Source: Thermoanaerobaculia bacterium (GTDB lineage: Bacteria; Acidobacteriota; Thermoanaerobaculia; Gp7-AA8). From it: a stretch of DNA of 54,524 nt. This document shows, piece after piece, positions 33,214-43,768 of this stretch. The translations under genes were made by a program, and so were the position numbers. The stretch is from the NCBI GenBank assembly GCA_046590585.1, contig JBKJVD010000177.1:1-54524 (forward strand), in the 5' to 3' direction. The notes under the pieces were generated by a model that was given only the letters and a program-made list of their open reading frames with translations, was not told the origin of the DNA and did not search any database. Position 1 is the first letter of the stretch. Each line of letters begins with the position of its first letter.

Positions 33214-34254
33214 ATGCGTACAGGCGGCCTCAATATCGTGACGATCGGCGGGGGTACCGGACTCTCGACGCTTCTGCGCGGTCTCAAGCAGTACGTCGGG
33301 GCCGAGGGGGCGTGGTCGGTCGGCGATCTGGGGGCCATCGTCACGGTGACTGACGAGGGAGGGAGTTCCGGCGCGCTGCGCAAGGAGTTCGGCGTCCTTC
33401 CTCCGGGCGATATCCGCAACTGCATCGTGGCGCTCGCGGAAGAGGAGCAGCTCCTCTCGCGGCTCTTCAGCTATCGTTTCGAGACCGACTCGATCCTGAA
33501 GGGGCACTCGTTAGGCAACCTGCTACTCATGGCGCTGACGGAGATCACCGGCGGCTTCGACAATGCGATTCTCGCGGCGGGCGAGGTCCTGGCCATCCGC
33601 GGCGAGATCTATCCGTCGACGCTCTCCGACGTGCGGCTGCGCGCTACGCTGGCTGACGGCACGGAACTCGTCGGCGAAGTCGCCATCAGCGGATCCCACA
33701 TCGGCGAGCTGCCGAAGAACGAGCCCCGCCACGCCCGCATCGTTCACCTCGCGATCGACCCGCCTGACGCTGAGCCTCCCGAACTCGCCCTGCAGGCGAT
33801 CCGCGAGGCCGATCTCGTCATCATCGGTCCAGGATCGCTCTACACCTCGGTGCTCCCCAACCTGGCCATTCGCAAGATCGCAGAAACGCTGCGTAACTCG
33901 CGTTCGCTGCGCGTCTACATCTGCAACGTCATGACGCAGCCGGGCGAGACCGACGGCTATTCGGCGCAGGATCATCTCTCAGCAATCGTCGAGCATGCCG
34001 GGCTCGTCGTCGACGTGATGGTGATCAACGGACGCCGCCCGTCCGACGCGATCCTGCAGACGTACGCCGCGGAGAATCAGCATCCCGTGCAGTTCGACAT
34101 CAACGAAATTCGCGACCTCGGCGTCACGCCTTTTTTCGGCGACATCATTGCCGAAGAGAACTACGTCAGGCACGATGCGTCAGCGCTGGCGGAAACGGTA
34201 TTCAGGCTCTACGACCGGTACGGCCGCTCGGTCGAGCGGATGCGCCGCGAGTGA
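33214..34254 (+). CDS. yvcK: YvcK-family gluconeogenesis factor (UPF0052, CofD-like)
   Basis: N-terminal IVTIGGGTGLSTLLRGLK and VTVTDEGGSSGALR..PPGDIRNC motifs. Confidence 0.85.
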   Translation: MRTGGLNIVTIGGGTGLSTLLRGLKQYVGAEGAWSVGDLGAIVTVTDEGGSSGALRKEFGVLPPGDIRNCIVALAEEEQLLSRLFSYRFETDSILKGHSLGNLLLMALTEITGGFDNAILAAGEVLAIRGEIYPSTLSDVRLRATLADGTELVGEVAISGSHIGELPKNEPRHARIVHLAIDPPDAEPPELALQAIREADLVIIGPGSLYTSVLPNLAIRKIAETLRNSRSLRVYICNVMTQPGETDGYSAQDHLSAIVEHAGLVVDVMVINGRRPSDAILQTYAAENQHPVQFDINEIRDLGVTPFFGDIIAEENYVRHDASALAETVFRLYDRYGRSVERMRRE

Positions 34255-34319
34255 GAGGCCCGGTTCACAGCCTCTGAGCCTGCCGCTTGCATGGATGGGC
34301 AGCAGGACGAGAGAACGAC

Positions 34320-35717
34320 ATGCGCAATGACCTCGACGTGATCATCCTCGCGGCCGGACTCGGCACGCGAATGAAGTCAGCCACCATCAAGATCCTGCAC
34401 CGCGCCGCGGGCCGGCCGATCATCGAATACGTGCTCGATCTTGCCGCGGAACTGACCGGGCAGCTGCCGGTCATGATCGTCGGGCACCAGCGCGACGCCG
34501 TGCAGACGTCCGTCGGGAACCGGGCGCGCTTCGCCGTACAGGACCAGCAACTCGGCACGGGACACGCGGTCCTCCAGGCCGAGCAGGTCATCGATCCCGC
34601 CGCCCTTACGGGTCGAAACGTTTTGATTCTCTCGGGCGACGTACCGCTCACTCGAAGCGAGACACTCGCTGCGCTGGTCCGCGAGCATGAGCAGAGCGGC
34701 AACGCACTCACCCTCCTCACCATGCGCCTCAGTGAACCGGCCATGTACGGCCGCGTCGTTCGCGACGAACAGGGCGCCGTCTCGCGCATCGTCGAGGCGA
34801 AGGACGCCAGCGATGCGGAAAAGTTGATCGACGAGGTCAACGCCGGCATCTACATCTTCAGCGGCGATCATCTCTTCACCAATCTGAGGAAGCTCGGCAA
34901 CTCCAACTCGCAGGGGGAGTACTACCTGACTGACCTGCTGGCGATGATCCGTGAGAACGGCCATCGGATTGGTGCCCTGATCGTCGACGATCCCGTGGAA
35001 GCACTCGGTGTGAACTCACGCGCAGAACTGGCCACTGTCGAGGGCGAGATCCAGCGGCGTGTCGTGGAGAGGCTGATGAAAGAGGGCGTCACCTTCCGCA
35101 ATCCGTCCACCTGCGTCATCGACTCGACCGTGACGATCGGCGCAGACACAGTGATCTACCCGTTCGTGACGCTCGAAGGTTCGACGACCATCGGAACCGG
35201 ATGCGTGCTCGATCCCGGAGTGCATCTCGTCGACGTCACGGTCGGCAACGACGTCCACCTCAAGACGGGAACGGTGGCCGAGGATTCGGTGATCGAGAAC
35301 GAGGCCACGGTCGGCCCGTACGCACACCTGCGCCCCGGCACGCGGCTCGGGCCGCATGTCAAGATCGGAAACTTCGTCGAAACCAAGAAGGCCGTCTTCG
35401 GAGCTGGTTCGAAAGCCTCGCATCTCTCCTATATCGGAGACGCGGAGATCGGAGCCGACGTGAATATCGGAGCCGGGACCATCACCTGCAACTACGACGG
35501 CGTCAACAAGCACAAGACCATCCTCGAGGACGGTGTCTTCATCGGTTCAGACTCCCAGCTCGTCGCTCCGATCCGCATCGGACGCGGCGCCTACGTCGGC
35601 GCCGGTTCGACGGTCACGAAAGATGTCCCTGCGGATGCACTGGCGCTGAGCCGTACTCCTCAGCGAAACATCGAAGGCTGGGCCGCGAAACGGCGCGAGA
35701 CCCTGAAGAAGAAGTGA
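34320..35717 (+). CDS. glmU: Bifunctional UDP-N-acetylglucosamine diphosphorylase / glucosamine-1-phosphate N-acetyltransferase
   Basis: N-terminal LAAGLGTRMKS motif. QLGTGHAV. C-terminal left-handed beta-helix hexapeptide repeats ending with NYDG..K..T. Confidence 0.9.
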   Translation: MRNDLDVIILAAGLGTRMKSATIKILHRAAGRPIIEYVLDLAAELTGQLPVMIVGHQRDAVQTSVGNRARFAVQDQQLGTGHAVLQAEQVIDPAALTGRNVLILSGDVPLTRSETLAALVREHEQSGNALTLLTMRLSEPAMYGRVVRDEQGAVSRIVEAKDASDAEKLIDEVNAGIYIFSGDHLFTNLRKLGNSNSQGEYYLTDLLAMIRENGHRIGALIVDDPVEALGVNSRAELATVEGEIQRRVVERLMKEGVTFRNPSTCVIDSTVTIGADTVIYPFVTLEGSTTIGTGCVLDPGVHLVDVTVGNDVHLKTGTVAEDSVIENEATVGPYAHLRPGTRLGPHVKIGNFVETKKAVFGAGSKASHLSYIGDAEIGADVNIGAGTITCNYDGVNKHKTILEDGVFIGSDSQLVAPIRIGRGAYVGAGSTVTKDVPADALALSRTPQRNIEGWAAKRRETLKKK

Positions 35718-35865
35718 CGAGCTCGATTTAACGCAGCAGTCCCTGTTGCGATCGCGCGACGTTGGCTCGTGTCGCGTGATGCCACGAGAGCAGTGCGCTG
35801 TGGCGCACGACGGGCGGGGACGCCCGCCAGCCTCCGTTCATCGCCGCTGGACGGTGCGTCGCGCC

Positions 35866-37191
35866 TTACAACTTCTCCAGGTCCACGCGCATCCGGCCGA
35901 AGTCGAGCACTACGATGAAGTTCCTCAGGTAGTTCTCGCCGATGATCCCGGCCGATCGCGTCTCACCGGGAGAGGAGTACATCGGGAGCGTCTTGAACGT
36001 GCCCGCCCACTTGTCGAGCCCAATCTCCACGTTCTGCACCTTCGCTCCGCGCTTGGTCGCACCACCCAGTCCCTGCAGTGTCGCGTTGTGCATGCGGGGC
36101 GCGTAGGTATTGATCGGTAGTTTGGACAACTGCGAGTCGTTGAGGAACGTCACTTCGGATCCGGTGTCGAGTACGAATAGGAACCAGCCCTTCTTGTTGA
36201 TCGTGGTGCGGACGACTGGGCGGAAGTTGTCGAAGTAGAGATTCTGATCTGCCGCAGGTTGTCGATCGCGCGCGGTCAGTCGCGTGAACGTAGCCCTGCT
36301 GCGCCGAAAATCGAGTTCGGTGCGGAACTCCTTGAGCAGATTCGCGCCGAGGAGAAAGTCCATCCTGAACTCGCGCCGGTCGCTGACCAGAAACTTCATG
36401 TTGGAGTCGGGCATGATGGCCACCGGAACGTTGTCGATGGTGATCGCGCCAATCTCGAGCGTCTCGATCAATCCGAACTCGACCTTGATCGGCTCTCCCA
36501 GCAGGCCGTAAAACGTACCTTCAACCTTCCCCAGACGTTTGATGGCCAGCGTGTCGGCCACGCTCTTCGAGATGATCGACAGCACCGCGCCGGAATCGAT
36601 CACGGCGGAGAGGTCTTTCTTTCCGTTGATCGTGATGTCGACGCGCGGCACATCGGGGCGGCCGACGCGCATCGGCACCTCATCGCTCACGGTGCCGCGG
36701 AAGGAGTAGACCTGGACCGTGGACAGCGACGTCAGGTAGTCCATGTGCCACTGCTTGACGGCCAGGCCGTAGTCGCGCGCCGTTTCGGCCCAGTCGAGAC
36801 TGGTCGCGAAGTTGTTGGTGAGGTATTCGATCTGCGCGAGGTCCCACGCAACCGCGGCGTAGGTGTCACGCCCGGGACTCAGGTCGAGAGCCTGGCGAAG
36901 ATGCCGGCGCGCAGTGTCGTAGCGTCCTCCCGCCAGTTCGGCGGCACCGAGCGCGGCCAGGTCCTGCGCATTCTTTCGCGGACGAGCATCAATGGTTTTC
37001 GCCTGCTCGAATGCGTGGAGGAAATCTGCGCGTTCGAGCATCTGCCGGACGTCGGCGCCCCGCTCCAGGCCAGCCGGCGTCAGGAACGCTGGCCGTATCG
37101 ACACTTCGTTGTATAGCGTGCAGCCTGCAAGCAGGGCTGCGACCGCAAACGCCGCGCCGTAGAACGACTTCATCAACCACCGATCACGCAT
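35866..37191 (-). CDS. Lipoprotein with a TPR-like region and two retropepsin-like aspartic protease domains
   Basis: Lipobox LLAGC. D-T/S-G motifs VIDSGAV and VLDTGSE. The start is the ATG at 37191 or at 37173. Confidence 0.7.
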   Translation of the reverse strand: MRDRWLMKSFYGAAFAVAALLAGCTLYNEVSIRPAFLTPAGLERGADVRQMLERADFLHAFEQAKTIDARPRKNAQDLAALGAAELAGGRYDTARRHLRQALDLSPGRDTYAAVAWDLAQIEYLTNNFATSLDWAETARDYGLAVKQWHMDYLTSLSTVQVYSFRGTVSDEVPMRVGRPDVPRVDITINGKKDLSAVIDSGAVLSIISKSVADTLAIKRLGKVEGTFYGLLGEPIKVEFGLIETLEIGAITIDNVPVAIMPDSNMKFLVSDRREFRMDFLLGANLLKEFRTELDFRRSRATFTRLTARDRQPAADQNLYFDNFRPVVRTTINKKGWFLFVLDTGSEVTFLNDSQLSKLPINTYAPRMHNATLQGLGGATKRGAKVQNVEIGLDKWAGTFKTLPMYSSPGETRSAGIIGENYLRNFIVVLDFGRMRVDLEKL

Positions 37192-37304
37192 TGCGATCTC
37201 CCGAGTGCCCTCGATTCTATGAGGGCTGGTGGCAGGAACCGTCTTCGGATGCGGTTTCGGCACACGCTGGTTGTGAATCCGTGACAGCGGTGGTGCCGCT
37301 CGTC

Positions 37305-40300
37305 TCACGAGTCGAGTCTCTGAGCTCGTGCCGCCTTGCGCACCGTGATGCCGAGTTCGCGGATCTGGTAAGCGAGCGCCTGACGCGAGATCTGCAGCAT
37401 CGCCGCGGCGCGATTCTGGTTGCCGCGCGCTTCGTCGAGTGACCTCTCGATCAACTCGCGACGGAATCTCGTCATGGCGTCCTGATAAGAACCGCCGTGT
37501 GCGCGGCGTCCCTCACCAGTGCGCACGCGCACGCGTTGCGGTAGAAACTCCATCGTCAGTTCTTTCGAGTCGCCCGCCATCGCGTGCGCTGCGCGGATCG
37601 TGTTCTGCAGTTCGCGCACATTCCCCGGCCATGCGTAGAGGAGCAACGCTGCCTCGACCTCTTCGGACATCCGGCCCGGTCCCCCGCGATGCCGCGAGCG
37701 CTCGCTGTCGAGGAAGGAACCGGCCAGCTTCAGGATGTCGCTGCCCCGGTCGCGAAGTGCAGGCAGCACGATGTCGACGCCATGCACGCGATAGAAGAGG
37801 TCCTCGCGAAAGCCGCCATTCTCGACCGCTTCCTCGAGATCGCGGTTCGTGGCGCAGACGATGCGGACGTCGGCCGTTCGATTGACCGTCTCGCCGACCC
37901 GCCGGAACTCCTTCTCCTGCAGAAAGCGGAGCAGCTTGGATTGCGCTGGCAGCGGCAACTCGCCGATCTCGTCGAGGAAGAGCGTCCCGCCATCGGTCGT
38001 CTCGACCAGGCCCGGACGATCGCGATCGGCTCCCGTAAATGCGCCGCGCGCGTGACCGAACAGTTCGCTCTCGATCAGGTTCTCCGGCAGCGCCGCGCAA
38101 TTGATCGCAGTGAATGCATGGCTGCGCCGCGAGGAGTGCCGATGGATGGCTCGCGCCGCGAGTTCCTTGCCCGTCCCGGACGCGCCGAGGATGAGGACCA
38201 CCACGTCGCGGGAGGCGACGCGGTGAATGCGTTCGTAGACCTCGCGCATCACCGGAGACTCGCCGATCATTCCGTCCACAGTCGACGGCGCATCGGTCAC
38301 GACCTCAGCCTGCTCCTGCTGCTCGAGCACGCGTCGCAAGCGTCCGTTCTCGGCGCGCGTCGACATGATCGAAGCCAGCGCCTGACGAGACTCTTCAGGC
38401 CACTCTTCCGAGCCCTCGATGAAGATCAGGTCGCGTTCCGAGGTACGAATCCATCCGGCCGGGTGCACGCTGAGCGCGCGATCCAGGTCGCCTGCTGCAA
38501 GATGCGGCAGCGTCCCTTCCTGTGACCAGCGACCCAGCCGGTTTCGCGTGGCCATCCGCCAGTGCACGGGAAGCGCGGATGCGCCGAACGGAAACGGAGC
38601 CGTCGCGGCGGCGCGCAGGCAGCGAAGGTCAGTGGCGGTCCTGGCCCTCGCCGCAGTCATCTCGATTCCGAGTTCACCGGCCATCGTGGCTGCGACGTCA
38701 TCACGGCGCCACGCCAGCGCAACGCGGAAGAGGGCGAGCCGCGAAGAGCTGCTTTTCGCGGCGGCCAGCAGTCCGTCGGTAGGGTCGGTCGTCGCGCCGC
38801 GCAAGGCAATCAACTGCTCCCGCCGGCGCGTCAGTTCGCGATTCCCCGACCTTCCCGTCGATCGCATTGGTGCAGTGGTGCCGCGGACGAACTGAATCTC
38901 GTCCAGGATCATCGCGGCCGCCTCGCGAATCTGCAGGTTCAACTCGGGGACGCGTTCGACCACCTGCGCGTGCTGCTCTGCCTCTTCGAAGCGGCCCCGC
39001 GAGAAAGCGAGATGCGCTTCGAGCAACCCCAGCTCGACGAGTCCACGTGCGTCATGCCGTGTTTCGTAGATGCTCCGAAGCCGCTGGAGCCGGATCTCCG
39101 CGTGAGCCCACTGGCCGTCATCCGCCGCGAGGTAAGTCAGCGTGAACAGGATCGCTGCAGCTGCCCGGTCGCCGTGCGACTCGTCAATCTCGCTCAACGC
39201 CTGGAGTGCGGCAGAACGCGTGTCATCCCAGGCGCCGCTGGAAAAGAGAGCGAAGATCTGATCCAGAGCGGCATCGATTCTTTCCGTGACCGATCGCGCG
39301 AGCGCAAACGCGGACTGCGCATGACGGGCTGCCGACTCGAGATCACCGGTGGCCGAGGCCCGGTAGGTTTCGAGTCGTTCGCAAAGATAAGCGTCCGCCG
39401 GAAGCGGGCCACCGTCTTGATCTGTATCGTTCGCAATCAGCGCGCGCTCGTAAGTGACAAAGGCAGCCAGGCGGCGATCCTCATTCAGGCCGTTCAGCTG
39501 GAGCAGCGAGTCCGCGTAACGACCTTCGAGGCGCAGCAATTCGGCGCGCAGGAGCGATGCCGGTCCGTCGAGCTCCGACATTTCTTCCAGCTTCGCGAGT
39601 GCGCCGGCATAGTCGCCCCTGCGGCGATCGACCCGCGCCAGGATGATCTCGAGTCCGGGGCCGTCAAGCCGGCTGCTCACCCTCAATGCGTCGTCGTACC
39701 GGCCCTCATCGACCAGCGCGTGTGCGAGCTTCGAGACAAGTGGTGCGGAGAGTTGCGCGACTGGGATCGCGAGCAGCGCTTCGACCAGTTGCTGCGACGT
39801 TTCCCATTCCACGGATTCGAGAAGATCGACGGCGCGCGAATCATCTCCCGCCTCTAGATAGAGCAACGCCGAAGCGACCCCGCTCGTCATCGCTGCGGCA
39901 GTCCGGCAGAGAGCCGCACGCGATGCCGGCGGAATGTGCGCCGCGGCCGCAGCACGCGCTTGCTCGCTGGCGAACGAGATGCCCTCGTCGTCGAGGGAAG
40001 TAGTGCCGTCCACGACGAGTTCGCTCAGGTCTCCACCGAAGAAGAAGGCCTGCAGGTAGCGCGCGGCCAGTCCTCGGTCGATCCTCCGCCCGAGCAATGC
40101 GAGGGCAGCGAGCCAGGAACGACGCGGCTCGGCCAGCGCGCGACTCTCCGGAAGCGGAGGAAGCGTTCCTGTCTGGAGAAAAAGCGCGAACGCATCCGAC
40201 GCCGCGAAGCTCTCGATCCAGCGCACGGGATCGCCCTCCGCGGATGCGCGGATTCCCGCGGCCCGCAACGCGGTGATTCGAGGTGCGACAATGAAGAGTT

Positions 40301-41183
40301 GCGCGGGGGGAAGCACCTCCCCCGGATCCGGGGTCACCCACGCCGCCAGTTCCGACTTTTCGAGAATCTCCAGGACCTGACGCGAAGACGCGTCGATCGT
40401 TCCCGGATCCCGAATCACGACGACATGCTTCTTTGCAGCGAATCGGGCCAGGAGGATTTCCGCTGCAGTGGCTACCGGAACATCCGCGATCCCGAACACG
40501 GCAAGCGCAGAGAAGGGAACGACGGGTGAGGTCTGTTCGATGATGCAGGTCACCGCGCGTCCATCCATCGCGCTGCCTGCGATCAGGGCGGGCGTGACGT
40601 CATCCGCCGCCATGAAGCGACCACCGGAACGACTCCACAGTCGTTCGAGTCCAGTCGCTCCCGGCGCGAGCACGACTCCGGCTGCCGACGTCCTCATCCA
40701 GCGGAGATCCGCCGTGGCATCGCCGGTCAGCCGATCGAACACTTCTCGATACACCGACTCCGCCCGCGCCCAGGCGCGTCCGAACACTTCCAGGCGGGGA
40801 GCACCGATTCGCTCCGCGAACGATTGCACGAGCGTGAGCGCGGACTCCGGTTCTCCTCGATAGCGGGCAGCAATGCGGATGAGTCGCGCATCCGAACCAC
40901 GCCGGCGGATGACGGCCCATTCCGCCGGGTCGAACTCCCCGGCGGGGACGCCGGCAAACTGCATCAATGCGCAGTGACTTGCGAATTGCGCCACCAATGA
41001 GAGCCGTTCACGTTCGCCGCCCTGCGTCAACTCTGCAAGCGGTATGGCTTCGAGTGGCGCACCGAAGGCCGAGTCGTACCAGGGTAAGGTCGAGTGACGA
41101 AGCGTGGCGATGACCGCCGGCTCCCAGAGGAAGCCCGACGATGACACTGTCCACGCGTCGCGAACGCGCTGTTTGTTCATCAT
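37305..41183 (-). CDS. Sigma-54-dependent transcriptional activator with a ~900-aa non-canonical N-terminal region (TPR-like helical repeats)
   Basis: The C-terminal AAA+ domain has Walker A GASGTGKE, GAFTGA (RGAFTGA) and ESELFGH motifs. A Fis-type HTH is present (NQNRAAAMLQISRQALAYQIRELGI). I place the start at MMNKQ (41183) to avoid overlap with the divergent IMPase gene. Confidence 0.85.
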   Translation of the reverse strand: MMNKQRVRDAWTVSSSGFLWEPAVIATLRHSTLPWYDSAFGAPLEAIPLAELTQGGERERLSLVAQFASHCALMQFAGVPAGEFDPAEWAVIRRRGSDARLIRIAARYRGEPESALTLVQSFAERIGAPRLEVFGRAWARAESVYREVFDRLTGDATADLRWMRTSAAGVVLAPGATGLERLWSRSGGRFMAADDVTPALIAGSAMDGRAVTCIIEQTSPVVPFSALAVFGIADVPVATAAEILLARFAAKKHVVVIRDPGTIDASSRQVLEILEKSELAAWVTPDPGEVLPPAQLFIVAPRITALRAAGIRASAEGDPVRWIESFAASDAFALFLQTGTLPPLPESRALAEPRRSWLAALALLGRRIDRGLAARYLQAFFFGGDLSELVVDGTTSLDDEGISFASEQARAAAAAHIPPASRAALCRTAAAMTSGVASALLYLEAGDDSRAVDLLESVEWETSQQLVEALLAIPVAQLSAPLVSKLAHALVDEGRYDDALRVSSRLDGPGLEIILARVDRRRGDYAGALAKLEEMSELDGPASLLRAELLRLEGRYADSLLQLNGLNEDRRLAAFVTYERALIANDTDQDGGPLPADAYLCERLETYRASATGDLESAARHAQSAFALARSVTERIDAALDQIFALFSSGAWDDTRSAALQALSEIDESHGDRAAAAILFTLTYLAADDGQWAHAEIRLQRLRSIYETRHDARGLVELGLLEAHLAFSRGRFEEAEQHAQVVERVPELNLQIREAAAMILDEIQFVRGTTAPMRSTGRSGNRELTRRREQLIALRGATTDPTDGLLAAAKSSSSRLALFRVALAWRRDDVAATMAGELGIEMTAARARTATDLRCLRAAATAPFPFGASALPVHWRMATRNRLGRWSQEGTLPHLAAGDLDRALSVHPAGWIRTSERDLIFIEGSEEWPEESRQALASIMSTRAENGRLRRVLEQQEQAEVVTDAPSTVDGMIGESPVMREVYERIHRVASRDVVVLILGASGTGKELAARAIHRHSSRRSHAFTAINCAALPENLIESELFGHARGAFTGADRDRPGLVETTDGGTLFLDEIGELPLPAQSKLLRFLQEKEFRRVGETVNRTADVRIVCATNRDLEEAVENGGFREDLFYRVHGVDIVLPALRDRGSDILKLAGSFLDSERSRHRGGPGRMSEEVEAALLLYAWPGNVRELQNTIRAAHAMAGDSKELTMEFLPQRVRVRTGEGRRAHGGSYQDAMTRFRRELIERSLDEARGNQNRAAAMLQISRQALAYQIRELGITVRKAARAQRLDS

Positions 41184-41298
41184 GTTCGTGCGCGGGGAAA
41201 GTATCAGATTCGCGGGCGATCTTTCAGCCGCTTCGTTCAATCGATCTTCCAGACGCGCTGCGGACCGCCATCCGGCTCTCACATACAATCGCGGCGAA

Positions 41299-42111
41299 AT
41301 GAATGACCTCGAGGTGGCAATCGACGCAGCACGACGGGGAGCAGCGGTGCTTCTCACGTACTGGGAACAACTCGGCAAGGACGACGCAGACCTGAAATCG
41401 CGTCACGACTGGGTGTCACGCGCCGACCGCGAAAGTGAAGCCGCGATCATTGCCGCGATCCGTGAGTCTCGTCCCGACGATACCTGCCTCGGCGAAGAGA
41501 GCGGTCTGACCCGTCCCGGATCGAGCGACGACCGCAAGTGGATCATCGATCCGCTCGACGGCACATCGAACTACCTCCAGCACTTTCCCTTCTGGTCCAT
41601 CTCGATCGGTCTCCAGAAAGGAAATGAGATTGTCGCCGGCGTCGTCTATGAACCACTCCGCGACATCGTCTTTTCCGCGGAACTCGGAGGTGGCGCGTTT
41701 CGCGATGACAAACGTCTGTCCGTCTCTTCCCAGCAGGGTGTCGAGGGTGCGTTTCTGGCGACTGGCTTTCCGTTTCGTGCGCAGCAGTTCGTCTCGATGT
41801 ACTGCGATATTTTCGAGGATGTCATCCGGGTTGCGAAGGGAGTCCGGCGCGCTGGATCTGCCGCTCTCGATCTCGCCTACACCGCCGCGGGAGTCTTCGA
41901 CGGTTTCTTCGAACTTCATCTTTCGCCGTGGGATGTTGCGGCGGGATCGCTGCTCGTTCGCGAAGCGGGCGGAGTAGTCAGCGACTTCTCCGGCGGAGAG
42001 CGCTGGCTCGAACGCGGCAACATCATCGGAGCCCCGCCGGGCGTGCAGGCCCAACTCGTCGAGATCATCGGCCGCCACACCTCGGAAGACCGCCTCGATC
42101 GCAACCCGTGA
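41299..42111 (+). CDS. Inositol monophosphatase family protein (SuhB-like)
   Basis: Motifs GEE, WIIDPLDGTSNY and WDVAAG. Confidence 0.85.
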   Translation: MNDLEVAIDAARRGAAVLLTYWEQLGKDDADLKSRHDWVSRADRESEAAIIAAIRESRPDDTCLGEESGLTRPGSSDDRKWIIDPLDGTSNYLQHFPFWSISIGLQKGNEIVAGVVYEPLRDIVFSAELGGGAFRDDKRLSVSSQQGVEGAFLATGFPFRAQQFVSMYCDIFEDVIRVAKGVRRAGSAALDLAYTAAGVFDGFFELHLSPWDVAAGSLLVREAGGVVSDFSGGERWLERGNIIGAPPGVQAQLVEIIGRHTSEDRLDRNP

Positions 42112-42716
42112 TGGCCACGACCCTTCCGGCCGACTTCTATCAGCACGACACGGTGTCGGTCGCACGGGACCTGCTCGGTTGCGTCCTGTGGCGGAGGATC
42201 GACGGACTCCTCCTGGGCGCCCGCATCGTGGAAACCGAAGCCTACCTCGGCGCCAATGACGCCGCGAGTCACGCACGCGGTGGCCTGCGCTCGTCGCGCA
42301 ACGCGTCGATGTATCTTCGCGGTGGCCATGCCTACGTCTACTTCACGTACGGCATGCACTGGTGCATGAACGTCGTGACCCAGGACGAGGGAATCGCCGA
42401 GGCCGTGCTGCTGCGCGCTGCCGAACCGGTAACTGGAATCGAGGAGATGCGCGAACGGCGGGTGAAGGCGAAGCGGGATCCCGACCTGATGAGCGGTCCC
42501 GGAAAACTCTGCATGGCGCTGGGCGTCGACCGCTCCCTCGACGGTGAACGTCTCGACGGCTCCCGGCTCTACATGACGCGCCGAGACATCGACGTGCTCG
42601 AGGACGACATCGTCGTCTCTCCGCGAATCGGCATCGACAACTCAGGCGAAGCCGCACACTGGCCGCTGCGTTTTTACCTGCGTGGAAACGCGAACGTCTC
42701 CCGGCCGCGTTCATGA
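42111..42716 (+). CDS. mpg: DNA-3-methyladenine glycosylase (AAG/Mpg family)
   Basis: ARIVETEAYLG..D.ASHA and YVYFTYGMHWCMNVV motifs. The start overlaps the upstream stop. Confidence 0.85.
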   Translation: MATTLPADFYQHDTVSVARDLLGCVLWRRIDGLLLGARIVETEAYLGANDAASHARGGLRSSRNASMYLRGGHAYVYFTYGMHWCMNVVTQDEGIAEAVLLRAAEPVTGIEEMRERRVKAKRDPDLMSGPGKLCMALGVDRSLDGERLDGSRLYMTRRDIDVLEDDIVVSPRIGIDNSGEAAHWPLRFYLRGNANVSRPRS

Positions 42717-43312
42717 ACGTCGATCACTATCAGACTCCAGGCGAAGGCGTCGAGGTCCGACAGAAGATCGAACGCTCGGAGTTCCTCGCCATTGCGTTTC
42801 CGGTCACCACGGACGACGGCTTCTTCGCAGCCTTGCATCGGATCGAGAAGTTGCATTTCGACGCCACGCATCATTGCTGGGCCTTCCGGCTGTTTCACGA
42901 GGGTGAGGCCCGGCAGCGCAGTTCGGACGCCGGCGAGCCTTCCGGAAGCGCGGGAAAGCCGATCCTTGCGGCCATCGAAAACTCCCAGTTGTTCGATGTC
43001 GGGGTGGTGGTGGTGAGGTGGTACGGAGGCGTCAAACTGGGAACCGGCGGCCTGTCACGCGCCTATCGCGAGACGGCCGCTGAAGCGCTTCGCCTCGCTC
43101 GTCGCGAGGACCGGTACATCTACGAGCGGATCACGGTCGAAGTCCCATTCGAACAACTCGGCGCAATCTACCGCCTGGTCCGGCCGCCCGACATCGTGCT
43201 CGCGGGGGAGTCGTACGCTTCCACGAACGAGTTCCGGTTCGACGTTCGCCGCAGTCTGGCCGATGCCTTCACTCTGGAACTGACGGAACGCCGCTTCATC
43301 TACCGGCGTTAA
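42713..43312 (+). CDS. yigZ: IMPACT/YigZ family protein (UPF0029)
   Basis: ATHHCWAFRL and DAGEPSGSAGKPIL motifs. The start overlaps the mpg stop. Confidence 0.8.
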   Translation: MNVDHYQTPGEGVEVRQKIERSEFLAIAFPVTTDDGFFAALHRIEKLHFDATHHCWAFRLFHEGEARQRSSDAGEPSGSAGKPILAAIENSQLFDVGVVVVRWYGGVKLGTGGLSRAYRETAAEALRLARREDRYIYERITVEVPFEQLGAIYRLVRPPDIVLAGESYASTNEFRFDVRRSLADAFTLELTERRFIYRR

Positions 43313-43313
43313 C

Positions 43314-43724
43314 CTATTCTTCCGCCACGGTCGTCTTCGCGATCCGGTCACCCGTGCGGGAGCGGCCGCCAATCACGAGGATCGCTTCCACGAGATTCCA
43401 TCCCGGGACGACCAGCGGAACGTTGCGGATCACCGACCGCATGACTCCGCAGCCTTCTCCCTGTCGAGTGCGGATGCGCAGACCGAGCAGTTTCTTGCCG
43501 GGAGAACGGCCCCGGATTCCATCCCGGATCAGCATTGCGATCATGAAGATCCCGAGCGCGATCCACCACACCAGCTGAATCGATTTTCCCGACCCGCCGA
43601 CCCAGGCCATTGCGTAACTCAGGACCGACGATGGGAGGATGAGCGCCAGCGCCAGGGCCAGAGAATCGACCAGAAACGCTGCGATCCTGAGTAGAGTCGT
43701 CTGGGACGGGTCAGTCAGAGACAT
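43314..43724 (-). CDS. RDD-family membrane protein
   Basis: Three hydrophobic segments and the R-x-PG-K-x-L-GLR motif typical of the RDD domain. Confidence 0.65.
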   Translation of the reverse strand: MSLTDPSQTTLLRIAAFLVDSLALALALILPSSVLSYAMAWVGGSGKSIQLVWWIALGIFMIAMLIRDGIRGRSPGKKLLGLRIRTRQGEGCGVMRSVIRNVPLVVPGWNLVEAILVIGGRSRTGDRIAKTTVAEE

Positions 43725-43768
43725 GGATTGAAAACCTTTTCCTCGGACTTCCGTACAACCGGCTACAG

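Noticed and set aside
38562-39857. 431-aa plus-strand ORF inside the sigma-54 activator gene
   Set aside because: It is an antisense shadow ORF. The minus strand encodes canonical AAA+ and HTH motifs in one continuous frame.
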